Shown piece by piece: positions 1 to 8,518 of a stretch of DNA of 27,736 nt (position 1 is the stretch's first letter; every line of letters starts with the position of its first letter). Below the pieces are notes generated by a model. It was not told the DNA's origin. It saw only the letters and a program-made list of their open reading frames with translations, and did not search any database. A program made the position numbers and the translations under genes. Source of the stretch: a virus (taxonomy: Duplodnaviria > Caudoviricetes); IMG/VR virus record IMGVR_UViG_3300017747_002235, positions 1 to 27,736 of that record. The stretch is one strand, 5' to 3'.

Positions 1-99
1 AATATTGTGCGAATGAATACACAAAATGGTACCTTTGAACAATGTAATGAAAAATTTGTGTGCAAACCGACGGAACTAAAGGAGGTAAAGAATGACTGA
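1..99 (+). CDS. 3' end of a hypothetical protein (partial)
   Basis: Frame 1 is open from base 1 to TGA at 97-99 (NIVRMNTQNG...KEVKND*) and overlaps the start of the next gene. Confidence 0.5.
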   Translation, partial: NIVRMNTQNGTFEQCNEKFVCKPTELKEVKND

Positions 100-256
100 A
101 CAAGATAAAGCATACGAGATAAATGAACTGACACACAGGTTAGAGGCAGCACAGATCCACTTGGGCAAGGTGGAGTATGGGGCACTCCAAGGTAGTATAG
201 AGCTGGCTAGGTTACGGATAAAAGAATTTGAGAGGCAGATCGAGAGGTTGAGATGA
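92..256 (+). CDS. Small hypothetical protein, 54 aa, coiled-coil-like (absent from the ORF track)
   Basis: SD GGAGGT at 81-86 and ATG at 92. Translates as MTEQDKAYEINELTHRL...IERLR*. The stop overlaps the next start (ATGA, 253-256). Confidence 0.75.
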   Translation: MTEQDKAYEINELTHRLEAAQIHLGKVEYGALQGSIELARLRIKEFERQIERLR

Positions 257-438
257 GACTTATTAGTTTGAATTGGAGCGACTACACAGGTGAGGGGAGT
301 GTTAAATACACTACGGCATTCAACGAGGCGCATTGGGTTACGCAGCTTGATATGCTGCAGGACTGCATCGGTGACCTGACCGACAGATACGACGCGATAT
401 TATCGCAACCAGAGGAGAAATTAGATGAAAATCTATAA
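253..438 (+). CDS. Hypothetical protein, 61 aa
   Basis: ATGA coupling to the upstream ORF, GAGG upstream, and it fits the tiled + strand gene array. Confidence 0.7.
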   Translation: MRLISLNWSDYTGEGSVKYTTAFNEAHWVTQLDMLQDCIGDLTDRYDAILSQPEEKLDENL

Positions 439-1075
439 AAATAACTATAGAGACCACTGGCTAAGTCCATACACCATATTGGAGAAAGTGTTCTTCTGGC
501 GTGAGATTGACTATGATGAGCCCATCATTGAGAGGTTTAAGAATGTGCTAATGCCTTTTTGTACAGCACTACATAAGGTTCTTAATATAGTTCACCCCAA
601 GATTGACTACGTTAAGATTGACAGGTGGGATACATGGAGTATGGATTCAACTCTGTCTCCAATCATCTATCAGATGTTGAAACAGCTTAATGCCTCTAAG
701 CATGGTGCGCCTTATGTTGATGATGAAGATGTGCCAGAAGAACTGCGTTCAACGTCAGCACCAGCAAAAGAAAATGAATGGGACATAGATGACAATCATT
801 TTAAACGGTGGGATTGGGCGTTGGCGCAGATGATCTGGTCGTTCGAGCAGTTGAGTTCTGATGATAGTGAGATGGGACAATTCAGTACTGGTGTAAATGA
901 TGTTAAGCACGTTGCTTCCGCATGGGATGCAGAGGGCAAGCCGACATTGTATACTACAGAACCAGGGCCAAACCATACTCTAAAGTTTGATATGGATGGA
1001 TATAAGGCACATACCGCTAAGATTGCTGTCGGTTTAAAGCTATTTGGGAAATATTATAGAGCGTTGTGGGATTAA
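425..1075 (+). CDS. Phage hypothetical protein, 216 aa
   Basis: SD GAGGAG upstream. Long ORF with Trp-rich blocks (IDRWDTWSMD, KHGAPYVDDEDVPEELRS, FGKYYRALWD) that I recall from uncharacterised phage proteins; no function recognised. Confidence 0.85.
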   Translation: MKIYKNNYRDHWLSPYTILEKVFFWREIDYDEPIIERFKNVLMPFCTALHKVLNIVHPKIDYVKIDRWDTWSMDSTLSPIIYQMLKQLNASKHGAPYVDDEDVPEELRSTSAPAKENEWDIDDNHFKRWDWALAQMIWSFEQLSSDDSEMGQFSTGVNDVKHVASAWDAEGKPTLYTTEPGPNHTLKFDMDGYKAHTAKIAVGLKLFGKYYRALWD

Positions 1076-1085
1076 AGGAGAAGAA

Positions 1086-1430
1086 ATGATTACACTAAAA
1101 GATTGGATGGATGGCGTTAAGTATAGAATAACAGACAGTTGGGATTATCAACGGCACTGTTTCGGCTCTAACGCTGTGTGCTTAGAAAGCGAATGGGGGT
1201 GCAAGGAGGGTAGAACCTACACTGCCATTTACGACAAGACATCAATTGAGGTATTCATGGTATGCTCATACTCAAACGAAGACTGTACAGGGCTAAGATG
1301 GCTTAACCCAAGATATAAGGCAGCGTATCTTGCAGAAGAAAAGATCATGGGAATGACTGACATAACGCATTTTACAGAAGTTAAATCACCAGGAGGATGG
1401 TCATGGCTAACAAAACTAATTGGGTTCTAG
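1086..1430 (+). CDS. Hypothetical protein, 114 aa
   Basis: Start moved to ATG 1086, behind SD AAGGAG (1075-1080). Begins MITLKDWMDGVKYRITD. Confidence 0.75.
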   Translation: MITLKDWMDGVKYRITDSWDYQRHCFGSNAVCLESEWGCKEGRTYTAIYDKTSIEVFMVCSYSNEDCTGLRWLNPRYKAAYLAEEKIMGMTDITHFTEVKSPGGWSWLTKLIGF

Positions 1431-1702
1431 TAGAGACTGTCAGCATGTACAGGATGCGTTATGTTATTGAATGCCCAGTCGACCACCCTGAGTATGCGCT
1501 TGATACAGTAACAGCAGAGCAGGCAAAGGAGTTCTCACAAAGTCACATAGGTGAGACGATAATATCTTCTAGGGTTATCTCAGAGGAGGATGCGTTGGCG
1601 TTATGTGGCGTGGACAACCCTATATTTACTACTTGCGTGCCACCAATAACCACAATCAAGAACCACTTCACAAGAATGGAGGACATAAATGCCAGCACCT
1701 AG
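1403..1702 (+). CDS. Hypothetical protein, 99 aa
   Basis: SD AGGAGG (1391-1396) lies 6 nt before ATG 1403. Contains WVLVETVSMYRMRYVIE...EFSQSHIGETI. Confidence 0.75.
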   Translation: MANKTNWVLVETVSMYRMRYVIECPVDHPEYALDTVTAEQAKEFSQSHIGETIISSRVISEEDALALCGVDNPIFTTCVPPITTIKNHFTRMEDINAST

Positions 1703-2048
1703 AGGTACACGAAGCAGCACGCAGGAAAACCGTGACAAGTTAATAAGATATATCAAGCGGCACCCAGGCACCGACAAGGTAGCCATGATGAAGGGCACGG
1801 GGTTAACTATACATCAGATAAATAGTTCGCTTATGAATCTGAGGGCTGAGGTACATACAACGATAGTGGGGCGTGGGGGAGGCAGGACAGGTACGTACCA
1901 TATAAAGGCAGTCCCTATAGGTAAAACAGGTAAACGTGGCGGCGCTAGGCTTATCAGGGCGGGGGAAATAATACGTAGGAAGTATGGCTGCATATCCCCT
2001 GAGTTAAGGAAGTCGGTGTTGAACACAATCAAGAGCGCAATGAACTAG
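1689..2048 (+). CDS. Basic protein, possible winged-helix DNA-binding domain
   Basis: SD GGAGG. The segment RDKLIRYIKRHPG...MMKGTGLTIHQINSSLMNL has a wHTH-like pattern, and the protein is Arg/Lys/Gly-rich. The fold is an inference. Confidence 0.6.
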   Translation: MPAPRGTRSSTQENRDKLIRYIKRHPGTDKVAMMKGTGLTIHQINSSLMNLRAEVHTTIVGRGGGRTGTYHIKAVPIGKTGKRGGARLIRAGEIIRRKYGCISPELRKSVLNTIKSAMN

Positions 2049-2056
2049 GAGGCTGT

Positions 2057-2359
2057 ATGGCAATGACACCAGAGAGCAGAATTAAAAAGCTAATCAAACT
2101 TATACTGACTGAGCGCGGTGTGGTATACTGTATGCCCGCTACGTATGGGTTTGGTTGTTCAGGTGTATCAGACTTCGTTGCTTGCCATAGAGGAGTGTTC
2201 ATAAGCATTGAGGCTAAGGCAGGTAAGGGTACAACCACCGTGCTACAGGACAGATGGTTGGAACGAGTCAGAAGCGCGGGTGGTAAAGCCATCGTGGTCA
2301 ATGGAGATAACATAGAAGAACTAAAAGATATGCTGATCGAGATAGAGGCTTCTGCATGA
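2057..2359 (+). CDS. VRR-NUC domain nuclease (putative Holliday-junction resolvase)
   Basis: TPE...GVSDFVAC...FISIEAKA...LQ..WL....AGG matches the stand-alone VRR-NUC PD-(D/E)XK pattern. SD AGGAGG. Confidence 0.88.
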   Translation: MAMTPESRIKKLIKLILTERGVVYCMPATYGFGCSGVSDFVACHRGVFISIEAKAGKGTTTVLQDRWLERVRSAGGKAIVVNGDNIEELKDMLIEIEASA

Positions 2360-2547
2360 GTGATGACGTAGATAGAGTACAGGAGCAGATGGAGATGATG
2401 GAGTTGATACAAGCAAAGCACCGAAAGGTACCGAAGCTAGAAGCTAACCCCACAGGCTCTTGTCTGAATTGCGGTATAAACATAAAGTCAGGGCGGTGGT
2501 GTGATACAGATTGCCGTGATGATTGGTCAAAGAGGCAGAAGAGATGA
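2356..2547 (+). CDS. TraR/DksA-like C4 zinc-finger protein
   Basis: N-terminal MSDDVDRV resembles the TraR DxxDxA tip. It is followed by a helix, then CLNC-x9-CDTDC. ATGA overlaps at both ends. Confidence 0.7.
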   Translation: MSDDVDRVQEQMEMMELIQAKHRKVPKLEANPTGSCLNCGINIKSGRWCDTDCRDDWSKRQKR

Positions 2548-2966
2548 ATGAGCGAGGGTATCGTATATGCTGCCCCAAATGTAATTACTTAATGCCTAGG
2601 TCAGCGTTTACAAAGCAATGCGGAGGGGTGCATAGAAAGTGCATCACATGTAGGGATGCTGAAAGGTATGCATCATCCGACAGAAGGAAAGCCCAGAAGA
2701 CCCGCGAAACACGAGCAACCACACAACGCAAAGAGACAGTAATAAATCAGATAAAGAAAGAGTTCTCGCGTGAAACCTATCTCAATCATTGGCGACTGAA
2801 AAGATTAAAGGATAACAAGCGCCCCACTAGAGCAACGACAAAGAGTATAGAGGCACGTACTAAGGCACAGGAGAAGTGGCAGACAGCGCTCGACGAAGTA
2901 TCGAGAAGAGTAGAGGCAGGGGAGAACCTAACAACAATACAGGATTACTTCGAGGAGGAGCCATGA
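2544..2966 (+). CDS. Hypothetical basic protein with an N-terminal Zn-finger-like motif
   Basis: ATGA-coupled start at 2544. CPKC...CITC is followed by an Arg/Lys-rich helical region. Confidence 0.7.
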   Translation: MNERGYRICCPKCNYLMPRSAFTKQCGGVHRKCITCRDAERYASSDRRKAQKTRETRATTQRKETVINQIKKEFSRETYLNHWRLKRLKDNKRPTRATTKSIEARTKAQEKWQTALDEVSRRVEAGENLTTIQDYFEEEP

Positions 2967-3298
2967 GAACAGTACACCTGAACCAACAACAAATGGATAT
3001 ATGTAAGAAGATGGGCGTAACACCGCAGGCATACGCAAACGAAATACGCACCCAAGACGAGGAGGCATTAGAAATGTATAAGTACGTAGTACATATTGAA
3101 AGACAGAAGGTAGAAATTACATCGCTTGATGACACTAGACTGCCCCTCTCACATGCATTAACAACACCCTATAAGAACTTAGAGGAAGTCCCAGAAGAAC
3201 TGCGAAACAAAATCAAGCAGTTGATGTGGTGTGCCGAGTCGGATGTATATGATGGGTTAGGTGTGAAGGTAAACGATAAAACTTATTGGGTAAGCTAA
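2963..3298 (+). CDS. Hypothetical protein, 111 aa
   Basis: SD GAGGAGG and an ATGA overlap at 2963-2966 define the start. Confidence 0.75.
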   Translation: MRTVHLNQQQMDICKKMGVTPQAYANEIRTQDEEALEMYKYVVHIERQKVEITSLDDTRLPLSHALTTPYKNLEEVPEELRNKIKQLMWCAESDVYDGLGVKVNDKTYWVS

Positions 3299-3300
3299 AC

Positions 3301-5157
3301 ATGAATATAATAACACTAGACTTTGAAACGTATTACAGCAAGACCTACGGGCTTACCAACCATACTATGGAGGAATACATTCGTAGTGAGCAGTTCGAGG
3401 TCATCGGGGTATCTACCAAGGTTGAGGATGGAGAGATTAAGTGGGTCACTGGAGACTTCCGCGCCATCAAGAAACACCTGAACTCATTGGATTGGAACAA
3501 CCACCTACTACTAGCACAGAACTGTGCGTTTGATGCAGCTATCCTTAAGTGGAAGTTTGGCATTGAACCCGTAGGATACCTAGACACAATGAGCATGGCA
3601 CACGCAATGCATGGCTTGTCCGAATCCTCATCTCTGGCTAACTTAGCCAAGCTATACAACCAAGAAGACAAAGGCACAGCAGTACTCGCAGCGATAGGTA
3701 AACACAGGGCGGACTTCACCCCCGAGGAACTGGCCGACTATGGGGACTACTGCAAGCACGACACCGAGTTAACCTATAACATCTTTCACATAATGATGAA
3801 GACCTTCCCCAAGGCAGAACTGCGGGTGATCGACCTGACCATACGGATGTACGCCAGACCAGTGTTGATGCTAGATGCGAAGTTACTCATAACCGACTTA
3901 TCAGACATCCGAGCGGCCAAACGTGGGTCCTTGCTAACATTGATGAGCGCATTGGGGGTTAAGAGCGAGGTGGGGTTGAAGAAGCACCTTATGAGTAATG
4001 ATAAGTTTGCCGAACTACTAACAGAATATGGAGTAGCGCCTCCCACCAAGATAAGTCTCACGACAGGCAAGGAGACCTGGGCATTCGCAAAGACCGACGA
4101 GGAGTTCACCAACCTGATGGAAGGCGGGGGTTCTGATTCGATTATTGCAACGATGGTGGCTACCCGACTAGAGAATAGATCGACCATCCTAGAATCCAGA
4201 ACAGAAGCATTCGCAGAGATAGCCGAGCGTGGGGCGTATCCTTTCTCATTAACATACTCAGGTGCAAAGGTAACGCATAGATGGTCAGGGTTCGGTACCA
4301 ACCCGCAGAACTTACCTAGAGGCTCAACACTACGCAGGGCTATCATGGCACCGAGTGGATTCTCATTGGTAGTAGCTGACTTGAGTAACATCGAGTTGCG
4401 CTTAGGCTTGTGGATGGCGAAGCAGCTAGACGCGGTACAACAGATACGTGATGGTGTGGATCTATATAGGGTATTTGCATCCGAGGCATTCAATATTCCC
4501 TATAAGAGCATAGGCAAGGACAGCATAGAGAGGTTCGTTGGTAAGGTGTGCCATCTGTCGTTACTGTATCAAACAGGTGCACCTAAACTCAAAAACACTA
4601 TCCGCATACAAAGCAAGGGCAAGATAACAATAACCGATGCCCAGGCAGAACGGTTTAAGTCTTTGTATAGGGAGAAGTATGTCAATGTGGTCAACGCATG
4701 GCGCGATGGGGAGGAGATACTAGAGTGGATAGCAGCGAAGAAAACCCACACAGCCTATGGCTTTCTACCAATATTAGGCACAGGAGGCATACTAAAACCA
4801 AGTGGATTACTCCTACCATTTCCAGGTTTAGCGAGGGGTACACAGGGGGACTGGACGTACAATATCAAGCGAGGACGTGCAACCACGTCCGATAAAGCCT
4901 ACGGAGGCAAATGCTTCCAGAGGTGCGTACAGTCGCTGGCCAGAGACATCATGGCGGAGCATGCGATACAAATAAATAGTAAGTATTATGTTGCAGGGTT
5001 GGTGCATGATGAGGTAATATGTGTAGTGCGTGACGATGAAGTAGAAGCAGCAAAGGCGTTCATCGAAAAGACAATGCGCACGCCACCTAAATGGGCAGCA
5101 GACCTGCCATTGGATTGTGAAGTAGGTTCAGGAAAGAGATACGGAGATGCTAAATAA
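3301..5157 (+). CDS. Phage family A DNA polymerase with N-terminal 3'-5' exonuclease
   Basis: ExoI LDFET, ExoII QNCAFD, ExoIII YCKHD. Polymerase motifs NPQNLPR, A (ADLSNIELR), B (RFVGKVCHLSLLY) and C (VHDEV). No 5'-3' exonuclease domain. Confidence 0.95.
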   Translation: MNIITLDFETYYSKTYGLTNHTMEEYIRSEQFEVIGVSTKVEDGEIKWVTGDFRAIKKHLNSLDWNNHLLLAQNCAFDAAILKWKFGIEPVGYLDTMSMAHAMHGLSESSSLANLAKLYNQEDKGTAVLAAIGKHRADFTPEELADYGDYCKHDTELTYNIFHIMMKTFPKAELRVIDLTIRMYARPVLMLDAKLLITDLSDIRAAKRGSLLTLMSALGVKSEVGLKKHLMSNDKFAELLTEYGVAPPTKISLTTGKETWAFAKTDEEFTNLMEGGGSDSIIATMVATRLENRSTILESRTEAFAEIAERGAYPFSLTYSGAKVTHRWSGFGTNPQNLPRGSTLRRAIMAPSGFSLVVADLSNIELRLGLWMAKQLDAVQQIRDGVDLYRVFASEAFNIPYKSIGKDSIERFVGKVCHLSLLYQTGAPKLKNTIRIQSKGKITITDAQAERFKSLYREKYVNVVNAWRDGEEILEWIAAKKTHTAYGFLPILGTGGILKPSGLLLPFPGLARGTQGDWTYNIKRGRATTSDKAYGGKCFQRCVQSLARDIMAEHAIQINSKYYVAGLVHDEVICVVRDDEVEAAKAFIEKTMRTPPKWAADLPLDCEVGSGKRYGDAK

Positions 5158-5350
5158 AGATAAAGAATACCAACTGAAGTTTGATATGCACAGGGTTCGG
5201 TTGGCAGAAGCACGAGGGCGCAGGGTTGCACCTTGCTACGAAGACAATGGGTATGAGGCATGGGACGTACAAGAGATTGTAATACAGTGCATTCACGAGA
5301 CACAAGAGCACAGGCCTCGCGGCGGATGTGGAAAACCTAAACCTTTCTAA
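5147..5350 (+). CDS. Hypothetical protein, 67 aa
   Basis: Overlaps the polymerase stop and fills the gap to the next gene. No motif recognised. Confidence 0.5.
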   Translation: MLNKDKEYQLKFDMHRVRLAEARGRRVAPCYEDNGYEAWDVQEIVIQCIHETQEHRPRGGCGKPKPF

Positions 5351-5361
5351 GGAACATATTA

Positions 5362-6021
5362 ATGGCCTATAGCTACTCTGCAATCAAGGATTTTTACAAC
5401 TGCCCACGTAAGTACTACGAGACCCGCATACTTAAGAAGTGGCCTAAGGAAGAGAAGTCCGAGCAGATTATCTACGGCGAGGATGTGCACAAGGCACTGG
5501 AAGAACACATCACCATTAGCAAACCCTTAGGACCGCATTCAAGGTACCAAGCCACGATGGACACACTAATTGCCATACCTGGTGAGAAGATGCCTGAGGT
5601 GCGCATGGCGCTGAATGAGGAACTAAAGCCTGTTGACTTCTTTGCAGCAGATGTATTCATCCGTGGGGTAGCCGATCTAGTTATCATAGACAGGGATAAG
5701 AAGCGAGCCACTATATTCGACTACAAGACGGGCAAGGCTAACTACCCCGACCCAGAGCAGCTAGAGTTGATGGCGCTGATGGTATTCAGGTTGTTCCCAG
5801 AGATAGAAGAAGTAAAGGCCGCGCTGCTTTTCGTAGTGCACAACAAAGTAATACCCGCTGCATATGAAAGGAAAGACGAGAAAGCTAAATGGAATAAATG
5901 GGGTATAAAGATAGCAAACATAGAGAATGCACAGGACTCAGGTGTGTGGAATGAGAATCCCACAGGGCTTTGCGGTTGGTGCGTAGTTAGAGATTGTCCA
6001 CATTTTAGAGAAAGGAAGTAA
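5362..6021 (+). CDS. Cas4/RecB-like PD-(D/E)XK exonuclease
   Basis: SYS...CPRKYY, RGVADL, DYKTGK, QLELMA and C-terminal CGWC....C give the 1+3 Cys arrangement of Fe-S Cas4-like nucleases. Confidence 0.9.
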   Translation: MAYSYSAIKDFYNCPRKYYETRILKKWPKEEKSEQIIYGEDVHKALEEHITISKPLGPHSRYQATMDTLIAIPGEKMPEVRMALNEELKPVDFFAADVFIRGVADLVIIDRDKKRATIFDYKTGKANYPDPEQLELMALMVFRLFPEIEEVKAALLFVVHNKVIPAAYERKDEKAKWNKWGIKIANIENAQDSGVWNENPTGLCGWCVVRDCPHFRERK

Positions 6022-6022
6022 C

Positions 6023-6295
6023 ATGCCGCGTAAACCAAACCTACCCAAAGGCGACCCAGAGTGGAAGCGTGAATGGGAATACCAGAAGAGAACAGGAGAA
6101 GATAAGAAGCAATTAGTACGTGCTAAAGCACGCGCCCTATACGACAAGGCAGGCATCGACCGCAAGGGTAAACAGATTGACCACATCATACCACTAGAGA
6201 ATGGTGGGACTGCGGCTAAGAGCAACCTGAGGCTGACATCGGTCAATGCTAACGAGAAGCGTAACCTGCATAAGAAAGGCGAGAAGAAATCCTAA
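6023..6295 (+). CDS. Small HNH (HNN-type) endonuclease-like protein
   Basis: IDHIIPLENGG...SNLRL......N is the beta-beta-alpha-metal signature. SD AAGGA. Confidence 0.8.
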   Translation: MPRKPNLPKGDPEWKREWEYQKRTGEDKKQLVRAKARALYDKAGIDRKGKQIDHIIPLENGGTAAKSNLRLTSVNANEKRNLHKKGEKKS

Positions 6296-7851
6296 TGGAG
6301 ATTCTGGACAACAAAGCACTACTACTCGTAGTTAGAAACCCAGATAGATTCACCAGCATCATAGAAAAAAGTAAGTACCTAGGAGAAGTCGGCGAGGGAT
6401 TGCATGAGATAGTAGTTAAGTGGGACCACGAGAATGTGGATGCACTGACCCGCCTAGGTATTAAGAACGTACCCTCAACCATACTCAAAGAATACAAGTG
6501 GAGTGGTAGGTTCATTCCAATGGAGCACCAGAAAGTCACAGCATCGTTTATTGTGGCGAACCATAAGTGTTTTGTGTTCAATGAGCAGGGGGTGGGGAAG
6601 ACGGCCAGCGCTGCGTGGGCAGCGGATTACTTGCTAAAACACAAACAGATAAAGCGGGTACTTGTAGTGTGCCCGTTGTCTATTATGAAAGCAGCTTGGC
6701 AGCAGGATCTATTTCAGGTGTTGCCCCATCGCTCGGTAGGTATAGCACACGGGACACCAAAGACACGCAGAGAGATTATTCAAGGCAAGTATGAGTTCGT
6801 AGTTATTAACTATGACGGGATTGAAATAGTTATTGATGAGATTATGGCTGCCGACTTCGACTGCATCATTGTGGATGAGGCTAACTATCTGAAGAACCCG
6901 CGCACAGAACGGTGGAAGATGTTTAACAGGCTCACCAAAAGAAACGCCAGGTTGATACTGATGACGGGAACGCCCGCTGCGCAGTCCCCCGAGGATGCCT
7001 ACGGTCTTGCTAAGTTAGTGTGCCCCCAGAACGTACCACAGTATATCGGGGCGTGGCGGGATTTAGTTATGCAGAAGCTGACACAGTTTAGATGGACTCC
7101 TAAACCTAGGGCGAATGACATTGTGTTTAAGGCGCTGCAGCCCGCGATACGGTATACCAAAGAGGATTGCTTAGACCTACCAGATATGGTGTATGAGGTT
7201 CGTGAGGTGCCGCTGACCGCGCAGCAAGAGAAGTATTACAAGATACTCAAGAATCAGCTGTTAGTAGAGGCAGCGGGGGAAGAAATAACCGCAGTAAACG
7301 CGGCGGTTAAGTTGAGTAAACTCCTACAGATATCTTGCGGTGCGGTGTATAGTGACGCGGGTGAGACGGTTCACTTTGATGTGTCTAAAAGGTTGCATGA
7401 ATTAGAGGCGGTGATCGATGAAAGCCTGCGCAAAGTAATTGTGTTTGCTCCCTTCACCCACACCATAGAGGTTATATCTGCTTTCTTGCAAAAGAAAAAT
7501 ATATCCAACAGCGTAATTAACGGCAAGGTGTCAATGCCAAAACGGACTAAGATAATCCACGACTTCCAGAATAGTGTGCATCCTAGGGTGCTTATCATCC
7601 AACCACAGGCGGCATCACATGGGATTACTTTAACTGCGGCGAATACTGTGGTGTGGTTCGGGCCTACCGCTAGTGTGGATACTTACTTACAGGCAAACGC
7701 TAGGGCACACAGGAAAGGGCAAGACCACAAAGTTACCGTGGTTCTGCTACAGGGCAGCCCTGCGGAGCGGATGGTTTATAAAATGCTTAATAGTAAGGTC
7801 GAGCACCATCAAAAACTAGTTGATTTATATGCCGAAGTATTGAATGGATAA
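6295..7851 (+). CDS. SNF2-family (SF2) helicase
   Basis: Motif I EQGVGKT, Ia VVCPLS, II DEAN, III MTGTP, V GITLTAA, VI QANARAHRKGQ. Confidence 0.93.
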   Translation: MEILDNKALLLVVRNPDRFTSIIEKSKYLGEVGEGLHEIVVKWDHENVDALTRLGIKNVPSTILKEYKWSGRFIPMEHQKVTASFIVANHKCFVFNEQGVGKTASAAWAADYLLKHKQIKRVLVVCPLSIMKAAWQQDLFQVLPHRSVGIAHGTPKTRREIIQGKYEFVVINYDGIEIVIDEIMAADFDCIIVDEANYLKNPRTERWKMFNRLTKRNARLILMTGTPAAQSPEDAYGLAKLVCPQNVPQYIGAWRDLVMQKLTQFRWTPKPRANDIVFKALQPAIRYTKEDCLDLPDMVYEVREVPLTAQQEKYYKILKNQLLVEAAGEEITAVNAAVKLSKLLQISCGAVYSDAGETVHFDVSKRLHELEAVIDESLRKVIVFAPFTHTIEVISAFLQKKNISNSVINGKVSMPKRTKIIHDFQNSVHPRVLIIQPQAASHGITLTAANTVVWFGPTASVDTYLQANARAHRKGQDHKVTVVLLQGSPAERMVYKMLNSKVEHHQKLVDLYAEVLNG

Positions 7852-7869
7852 ATAAATACTAAATAATGC

Positions 7870-7898
7870 TTGCGTAGACTAAGTGATATTGATATACT
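7870..7898 (+). promoter_or_regulatory. Sigma70-type promoter
   Basis: -35 TTGCGT (7870-7875), 17-nt spacer, -10 TATACT (7893-7898) with extended TGn. An AT-rich UP-like tract lies at 7849-7866. It sits in one of the few intergenic gaps. Confidence 0.75.
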
Positions 7899-7926
7899 CC
7901 CTATCCGAGTACAAAAAGGGGGTGTG

Positions 7927-8325
7927 ATGAGTGTGACAATCGACGGATTAGTTGCTATAGACCAGAAGATGGGCGTGGCGATAAAGAAGTTGGAAGAAGA
8001 AGTGAAGGGTATAGAAACACAACGAGAGGAGATACGAACGGCAATAATGGAGTTAATGAAGGAGCAGGGAGTTGAGTCGGTGCGTACAGCACACGGCACA
8101 GTTACTAGGACAATTAAAGATAGATACTGGACTAGCGATTGGTCTGTGCTACACCAATTCATTTTAGATCATGGGGCAGTAGATTTATTAGAGCGTAGAG
8201 TGCAGCAGAACAACATGAAAGACTGGATAGCTGCGCATCCTACGGATTACCCACCAGGGTTAAGTATTGATAGAACGTATGCGCTATCTGTCAGAAAGCC
8301 AAAGAGGGAAGCAGATGACAAATAG
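7927..8325 (+). CDS. Phage replication-module protein, 132 aa (N-terminal coiled coil)
   Basis: Start moved to ATG 7927 behind AAGGGGGTG. A coiled coil is followed by SVRTAHGTV...DW...FI...DLLERRV...PPGL, a pattern I recall next to SSB genes in such phages. Function unknown. Confidence 0.8.
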   Translation: MSVTIDGLVAIDQKMGVAIKKLEEEVKGIETQREEIRTAIMELMKEQGVESVRTAHGTVTRTIKDRYWTSDWSVLHQFILDHGAVDLLERRVQQNNMKDWIAAHPTDYPPGLSIDRTYALSVRKPKREADDK

Positions 8326-8518
8326 AGGGATGTCTATTCCACAAACTATGGAGTATTTACATGTTAGTTTACCTACATTAGCAAGATGGAGAGCGCTGCG
8401 AATAGGCCCTGCATTTAGCAAGGTGGGTGGTAGGGTGACATATAGTTTGGAAGACTTAGAGCGTTTTGTTAAAGAGAGTTATATTACTTGTTCAATTCAA
8501 AATAAAGGAAATATATGA
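8315..8518 (+). CDS. Excisionase/MerR-like HTH protein (HTH_17/AlpA-like)
   Basis: MSIPQTMEYLHVSLPTLARWR...GPAFSKVGGRVTYSLEDLERF is a typical Xis-like winged HTH. SD GAGG. Confidence 0.85.
   Translation: MTNRGMSIPQTMEYLHVSLPTLARWRALRIGPAFSKVGGRVTYSLEDLERFVKESYITCSIQNKGNI

Noticed and set aside
3345-4493. Long antisense ORFs (124 and 235 aa) opposite the DNA polymerase
   Set aside because: Codon-register shadows of a well-supported gene; Ser-rich and without motifs.
5362-6021. Cas4-like gene as evidence of CRISPR-Cas
   Set aside because: No array or other cas genes. Solo Cas4-like nucleases are normal in phage replication modules.
6023-6295. HNH gene as a mobile homing endonuclease or intron
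   Set aside because: Very short, interrupts no gene, has no flanking intron structure, and is tightly coupled to both neighbours.
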